Source: Patescibacteria group bacterium
GTDB lineage: Bacteria > Patescibacteriota > Minisyncoccia > Phycocordibacterales > XYD1-FULL-46-19
Reading direction: 5' to 3'
Assembly (NCBI GenBank): GCA_048617235.1
Contig: JBMCHT010000002.1
Coordinates: 63,899 to 127,898 of the forward strand
DNA length: 64,000 bases
Part shown: in pieces, positions 59,054 through 64,000 of the stretch
How positions within the stretch are numbered: position 1 is the first letter of the stretch
Layout of the letters: each line of letters opens with the position of its first letter
Translations under genes and position numbers: made by a program
The notes under the pieces: model-generated
Databases searched by the model: none
What the model saw: only the letters and a program-made list of their open reading frames with translations
Told to the model about the DNA's origin: nothing

Positions 59054-59782
59054 TCACTTTTGTCTTATTTCTTTTTTAACCGAAACCGGCACTTTTTCTA
59101 AAGCATAAGCTAAAACTTGAGAATGCATTTTATCTTTATTTTTCAATATAAAATCCAAAGTTTTCTGGTAATCCCCAACTGTTGCTGCTTTTAGAAGCCA
59201 ACCACAACCTTTACGAACCATTTCTGCTTGATCTTGCCATAATTGCCGAGAGATAACAAAAATAACCGGTAAGTCTTCTTTGTTAATCTTGTATCCCCCA
59301 CTTCCTGATCTAATAAAAGCCACTGTTGCCCCTCGTCTAACCCATCTATTGCTTGATTGTGTCCATTTATTTTTCAATCCGGATTTTAAAATTGGATATT
59401 TATCTATCATTAAAGCTATCACATGAAGACAATAATCATCTATTTTACTCCAATTATCTAAATATTGATCCAACCATTTTTCAAAAATTAAAAAATCTCT
59501 TTGAGTATAAATATCTTTTCTAAAAACAAGCCAAGCGGTAGCTAATGTTGCTTCTTCATTTTTTCCACTTTGAAATAGTTTTTCCACCAAAATAAACAAA
59601 TCTTTTTTGTTTAAATTATCAATCTCTTTTTTATATTGCCGAGACAATTTTCTTACTATCGGTGTCCGGACACCATAACAAACAACCGATTCTTTATAAG
59701 ATCTAGCAACTCCAGCTTTATACTCCTTATCTATATTTTGTCTTAAATCTCGCCGAATATTCTTTAATATCTGAACCGGCAT
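59054..59782 (-). CDS. AlkD-like DNA alkylation repair protein
   Basis: YGVRTP, NWSKIDD, WTQSSNRWVRR, MVRKGCGWLLK. Confidence 0.85.
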   Translation of the reverse strand: MPVQILKNIRRDLRQNIDKEYKAGVARSYKESVVCYGVRTPIVRKLSRQYKKEIDNLNKKDLFILVEKLFQSGKNEEATLATAWLVFRKDIYTQRDFLIFEKWLDQYLDNWSKIDDYCLHVIALMIDKYPILKSGLKNKWTQSSNRWVRRGATVAFIRSGSGGYKINKEDLPVIFVISRQLWQDQAEMVRKGCGWLLKAATVGDYQKTLDFILKNKDKMHSQVLAYALEKVPVSVKKEIRQK

Positions 59783-59792
59783 ATATTAAAAA

Positions 59793-60047
59793 TTATTCTG
59801 TATCCTCCAATTCTTGCGGAGATTGATATCTATCTCCTTTATCTATAGTAATAACAACAGTGGTACCATCCGGCCTCTCTCCTTCAAAAGTAACCGAGTC
59901 CCCGGTAACAGTATCCGGAGTACCTCTTTTAAACCTAAAACCCATTTTGGCCATCAAATCCATAATCTCCGGCAATTTATCTGCATTAAATTCAGCTAAA
60001 AAAGATTGGGGTAATTCTCTTTCTTCTTTTTTGAATTCTTCGGACAT
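59793..60047 (-). CDS. Hypothetical protein
   Basis: 84-aa ORF co-oriented with its neighbours. Confidence 0.6.
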   Translation of the reverse strand: MSEEFKKEERELPQSFLAEFNADKLPEIMDLMAKMGFRFKRGTPDTVTGDSVTFEGERPDGTTVVITIDKGDRYQSPQELEDTE

Positions 60048-60107
60048 AATTTTATTATTTAATTATTAATATCTAAAATTGTAACAAATACCATTTTTTT
60101 TACAATT

Positions 60108-60719
60108 CTAATCCGCTATAACAATTTTAATGGTTTTAGTCCGACTATCTATAGATTTTAAGATAGATAAACCACTTTGATCTAACAAAGGTTGGAGACC
60201 TTTATTCTTATTGTAATCCAAAAAACCCCGAAAATGCTCCCGACCGGCTAAAAATTCGGCCGATCTGTTTCTTAAACCATAAAGACTAAAAGGTTGAGGT
60301 ATGGAATAATCCGCCAGAATAACTTTTTTAGCTAAACGCTTGGCTTCTGTTAAAACCGGCACTCTCAAAACAGGTGGCATTTCGTGAATTACCATGGAAA
60401 TAATGGCATAATCAAAATATTTATCTGTAAATTGCGGTAACTTAGTGGCATCAGTATGGATAAAATCAACATTAGTAATTTCTTTTTCTTTTTGTCGTTT
60501 TTGAGCCAGGGTAATCATTTTTTCAGATAACTCCACTCCGGTTACTTGAGAACATTTAAAAGCTAAAGCTAAAACTAAAGCTCCGGTACCACAGCCAATA
60601 TCCAAGACTTTGGTATTATCTTCTATTTGCTCAATAATTATTTCTCTAATCTCTGAAAAAGCCGGATCAATAAGCATTTCATAAAGCCAACCATCATAAT
60701 AATGTCTTTTATTTTTCAT
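60108..60719 (-). CDS. Class I SAM-dependent methyltransferase
   Basis: VLDIGCGTG, GVELS, DATKLP..FD, IHEM. Confidence 0.88.
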   Translation of the reverse strand: MKNKRHYYDGWLYEMLIDPAFSEIREIIIEQIEDNTKVLDIGCGTGALVLALAFKCSQVTGVELSEKMITLAQKRQKEKEITNVDFIHTDATKLPQFTDKYFDYAIISMVIHEMPPVLRVPVLTEAKRLAKKVILADYSIPQPFSLYGLRNRSAEFLAGREHFRGFLDYNKNKGLQPLLDQSGLSILKSIDSRTKTIKIVIAD

Positions 60720-60990
60720 ATTTTATTCCACTCTCTAAATGCCAACCTCCGTCGGGACATTTATCTAAAAATTTTATTTTCACTTCAAAGGGGTTTAAAT
60801 CTGAATCAGTGGCATGGCCAATAGCTATTTCAGTATCAATTCGATGTAAACCACACTGACAATGTTCTATAGAATAATTTAACTTTTTATTTATTTTTAC
60901 ATGTTCTCCGCCACAATGATGAACTTTATGTTCACCTGATGCTTCATGATGAATATGATGAAAAAGGGATAAAATCTCGTTATTTTCCAT
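60709..60990 (-). CDS. Small His/Cys-rich hypothetical protein
   Basis: HHIHHE..HKVHHC..HCQCGLH..CPDGGWH. Confidence 0.6.
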   Translation of the reverse strand: MENNEILSLFHHIHHEASGEHKVHHCGGEHVKINKKLNYSIEHCQCGLHRIDTEIAIGHATDSDLNPFEVKIKFLDKCPDGGWHLESGIKYEK

Positions 60991-61023
60991 AATTTATTTT
61001 TTATAAATAATAATTTTTTAGGG

Positions 61024-61112
61024 CGGAAGAGGAGGGATTCGAACCCTCGGCCCGGTTTAACCCGGACGCCCGATTTCGAATCGGGTGCCTTCGACCTCTC
61101 AGCCACTCTTCC
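61024..61112 (-). tRNA. tRNA-Ser(CGA)
   Basis: CCCGA-TTCGAAA-TCGGG, long variable arm. Confidence 0.95.
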
Positions 61113-61194
61113 TTTGGTTAGATAAACTCAGCCTTAATCCTAGCAATTTTTTGCCTTTTTGACAAAAATCTGTTATATTGTCGCGGTAGATGTA

Positions 61195-61269
61195 GGCCCT
61201 ATCGTCTAGCGGCTAGGACGCCACCCTTTCACGGTGGAAACCGGGGTTCAATTCCCCGTAGGGTCACCA
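61195..61269 (+). tRNA. tRNA-Glu(TTC)
   Basis: CCACC-CTTTCAC-GGTGG, encoded CCA. Confidence 0.95.
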
Positions 61270-61287
61270 ATTAGAGCGTAGTTCGAA

Positions 61288-62623
61288 CGCTCGAGAAGGA
61301 TTAGAGTTTTTAATAACTTCAGGGTTATGTATAATTTTAGTAAATGTGATTAATACTATGATTAAACAGTTCAACAACAATGAATCATTTAAAGAAAAGT
61401 CACCTGAAGATCATGGTGGTGATATAGAAAGTATAAACAGTATTGAAAAAACATCAGGGGGTACAGAGATCCTTCCTCCGCTATCCAATAAATATCAAGA
61501 TAAGTTGAGAAAAATCTTGGAACAGATACCTAAAGAAGAAAAAGACAATGAATTTATTTATCACGGTACTATTATTGGTACCGAAGAAATATGTTACTTG
61601 AAGGAAGTTTTGGAGAAATACTCAGATGTTATAGACAGACCTGAAGCAAACAAAGAAGAAATCTATCAAAATTTTGACGAAAAGGAATATCATCGAGTAT
61701 CATCAGTTAGACGCTGGAAACATTTGAGAGATATTCTTTCTAGGGGTGACTACCCAGGAGATAATACACCGGACAATGGTTTTATAAGTGATAACATAGA
61801 ACCTTATTTCAGTAATGAGTATTTTGACGCCTTGTTCGATTTGATTAATCAAAGACCAGACGGGGTTTTTGCTGTACCCACAGGCGCTATTCAAGCAGAA
61901 ATCATATTAAAAGGGATGATAACTGGTCTAAAATTTGAACTAGAGAAGCAGGGTTGGGACGGGATTAAAGTGCCTTATTTTACTGCCCCTCACTCGACCC
62001 TCCTTACTCGACATGAAAGTCCTCGGACTACATACGATGAGCTAGTCACTGCAACTGAGCCTACAATCATTAATATTTTTAATAAAAGAGAAGATCCAAA
62101 TATAGTGACAATTTCTGTTTTTGACGAATGTAGAAATACCGGAGGAAGTCAAAAGAGGGTCGAGGAACTAATAAGGAAGACGTATTCGGAATTGCAGAAC
62201 AAAGGTCAAATTCCTCAACCTTGTGAATTGCAAATAAATTCTGTTCATGCTGTATACCCCGGCTTGTCCGAAGCATATAGATTTCTCAAAAAAGATGAGA
62301 GATCTCTTGATCGAAGACGAGTTAGTATAAAAGATGGATCAGTTGAATTTCGACGAGAGCGTTTAGCTATTGAATTAACAAAAATATTCGGCTTCTTTAC
62401 GGGTCGACTATACGGAAACATAGTTGCAAATCTAGAAGATGAAAACATAAAAAATAATGTCGGAGGCTACAAGTATAAATACAGATTAGGTTCTAAATAT
62501 TATCATGCAATTAAAAAAGGTTTGAAGAAGAAGTCCTGAATTATATAATCGTTAAAATTATCTACTATTTTTAGGTAAGAAGAAAAATCTATCACTTTCG
62601 TCACATTTTAGCGCTCGAGAAGG
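61288..62623. repeat. 12-bp direct repeats CGCTCGAGAAGG (61288-61299 and 62612-62623) flanking one gene
   Basis: Identical GC-rich 12-mers in AT-rich intergenic DNA; the first lies 18 nt after tRNA-Glu. Confidence 0.6.
61358..62539 (+). CDS. Hypothetical protein with PRTase-like motif
   Basis: ISVFDECRNTGGS resembles a PRPP-binding loop; start uncertain (61346 or 61358). Confidence 0.55.
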   Translation: MIKQFNNNESFKEKSPEDHGGDIESINSIEKTSGGTEILPPLSNKYQDKLRKILEQIPKEEKDNEFIYHGTIIGTEEICYLKEVLEKYSDVIDRPEANKEEIYQNFDEKEYHRVSSVRRWKHLRDILSRGDYPGDNTPDNGFISDNIEPYFSNEYFDALFDLINQRPDGVFAVPTGAIQAEIILKGMITGLKFELEKQGWDGIKVPYFTAPHSTLLTRHESPRTTYDELVTATEPTIINIFNKREDPNIVTISVFDECRNTGGSQKRVEELIRKTYSELQNKGQIPQPCELQINSVHAVYPGLSEAYRFLKKDERSLDRRRVSIKDGSVEFRRERLAIELTKIFGFFTGRLYGNIVANLEDENIKNNVGGYKYKYRLGSKYYHAIKKGLKKKS

Positions 62624-62756
62624 GTCAAAACGCAAAAATAAAAAATTATTAAAATAAGCTTTGGGAAACAATAAATCCTTAGACTTCATTACCAAAATAA
62701 AAAACATTCAATCTTTAAAGTTCGCTGAGGGAAGAACTATAAATATTGTATAAAAT

Positions 62757-63281
62757 ATGAAAATTAAAATAAAAACAGCTACCCCGAAAGATGCTTTAGA
62801 TATAATAAGGGTTTTACATAAAACTTGGCTTAATACTTATCCTAATGAAAAATTGAAAATAACCAAAGAGGTTATTAATGAAACTTACAAAAATTCTTAT
62901 AAAGTGGAAAATATAAAAAAATTTCAAGAAAAAATAAGAAACATTCCTGATAATCAAAAAAGATTGGTTGTTCAATCTGACAATAAAATAATTGGCATTG
63001 CTACTGGCATTATTTAAAATGATTTCAATGAACTTACAACAATTTATGTTTTGCCTCAATTTCAAAATAACGGCATAGGTAAAAAATTATATAATGAAAT
63101 ATCAAAATTTTTTAATCCATCCCAAAAAACTATAGTTAAAGTTGCCACATATAACAAAAAAGCGATTGAATTTTATAAAAAATTAGGTTTTATTGATACT
63201 GGAAAAAGATTTACAAATGATAAGATTATAACTAAAAAAGGGGTAAATATTCCAAAAATGGAGATGGTTCTAGAAAAGTAA
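62757..63281 (+). pseudogene. GNAT acetyltransferase interrupted by an in-frame TAA (63015-63017)
   Basis: Both ORF pieces are in the same frame: IKTATPKDA..WLNTY and IYVLPQFQNNGIGKKL..NKKAIEFYKKLGF. Confidence 0.8.
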
Positions 63282-63366
63282 TTTTAATTTTTTAAAATAT
63301 ATTACATTTAACTCATTTTATATAAAAAACTTTTTAGTATTAAATAAAATATCATAAAATTATCAA

Positions 63367-63846
63367 ATGAAATTAGTTTTTACTTATCTTAAAAATCTTA
63401 ATATAGATTATACTCTTTACGAACACCCGGCGGTTTTTACCGTAGCCGAAGCTGAACAACATCGGCCGAATATTGTTTTTGGGGAAAATAAAAACTTATT
63501 TTTAAGAAATAAAAAAGGTAATAAAAATTATTTAATCACCATCAAAGCCAATAAAAGATTAGATTTAAAAAATCTAACTAAAATTTTAAATGAAGACAGA
63601 TTGAGCTTTGCTACAGAAAACAGATTACAAGAATATTTAAATTTAAGTCCGGGTTCAGTCTCCCCTTTTGGTTTAATCAATGATAAACAATCTCTGGTTG
63701 AATATATTTTGGATGAAGATCTATTACAATATTCTAAATTAGGCTTTCATCCCAATATCAATACTCAGACTGTAATTTTAAACACCATGGATTTTAAAAA
63801 ATTTTTAGAGTCCTTAAATAACAAAATATCTTTTCTGAAATTATAA
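63367..63846 (+). CDS. YbaK/ProX (PrdX-like) aminoacyl-tRNA editing protein
   Basis: HPAVFTV, KNLFLR, LSFA, PGSVSPFGL, FHPN. Confidence 0.88.
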   Translation: MKLVFTYLKNLNIDYTLYEHPAVFTVAEAEQHRPNIVFGENKNLFLRNKKGNKNYLITIKANKRLDLKNLTKILNEDRLSFATENRLQEYLNLSPGSVSPFGLINDKQSLVEYILDEDLLQYSKLGFHPNINTQTVILNTMDFKKFLESLNNKISFLKL

Positions 63847-63851
63847 AAATC

Positions 63852-63875
63852 ACCCCCGGCTCAAGGGCCGGGGGT
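63852..63875. terminator. Intrinsic terminator between convergent genes
   Basis: ACCCCCGGC-N6-GCCGGGGGT with a T-rich tail on the minus strand. Confidence 0.75.
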
Positions 63876-63880
63876 TGCAA

Positions 63881-64000
63881 TTAGAAACGACGGGAAGCCA
63901 GTTTCCTGGCTTCTTTTTTACCGCCCAAGCAGTGGGGCGTAAAACACCCGCAACTTGGACAGTAACTGCGGCCATTAGTTAGCCGCCCATTGTGATGAGT
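63881..64000 (-). CDS. 3' end of a GC-rich ORF with a Zn-ribbon-like motif (5'-partial)
   Basis: Open frame THHNGRLTNGRSYCPSCGCFTPHCLGGKKEARKLASRRF* ending just before the terminator. Confidence 0.45.
   Translation of the reverse strand, partial: THHNGRLTNGRSYCPSCGCFTPHCLGGKKEARKLASRRF

Noticed and set aside
1-64000. CRISPR array, cas genes, DGR or retron
   Set aside because: No regularly spaced repeats and no Cas or reverse-transcriptase motifs were seen. The pilin similarity is not an adenine-specific TR/VR pattern.
1-64000. Alternative genetic code (TGA=Gly as in Gracilibacteria/Absconditabacteria, or TAA readthrough)
   Set aside because: Housekeeping genes are full length in code 11, and TAA ends most genes. 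The single GNAT TAA is better explained as a lesion.

Overview
AT-rich bacterial chromosome segment read in standard code 11. Gene content points to a Patescibacteria (CPR), probably Parcubacteria-type, genome: compact housekeeping genes (dnaX, dus, serS, dprA, topA, rel, parB, miaA, rpmG, clpB, sod, infB, gyrA, rpsA, pth, lepB, hisS, ftsA, ftsZ, trxB, murE), 12 dispersed tRNAs, many apparently leaderless genes and a VirB2-like pilin array. Accessory parts: (1) a defence island at 1-8.8 kb beside tRNA-Gln, with a type III R-M mod-res pair followed directly by a large STAND-like NTPase missing from the ORF track, a frameshifted serine recombinase and an Abi-like gene; (2) a structured ~200-bp insert bracketed by a duplicated 5' half of tRNA-Gln; (3) a complete IS1595-family element with an 8-bp target duplication and four passenger genes; (4) GC-rich, Shine-Dalgarno-led islets including an SPFH operon; (5) seven tandem VirB2/TrbC-like pilin genes behind a methyltransferase and an orphan solute-binding protein; (6) a repeat-flanked PRTase-like cassette after tRNA-Glu. 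Core DNA is strongly enriched in the palindrome CCGG, which is rare in the defence island and IS. All calls are from manual reading, counts are approximate, and no database searches were run.
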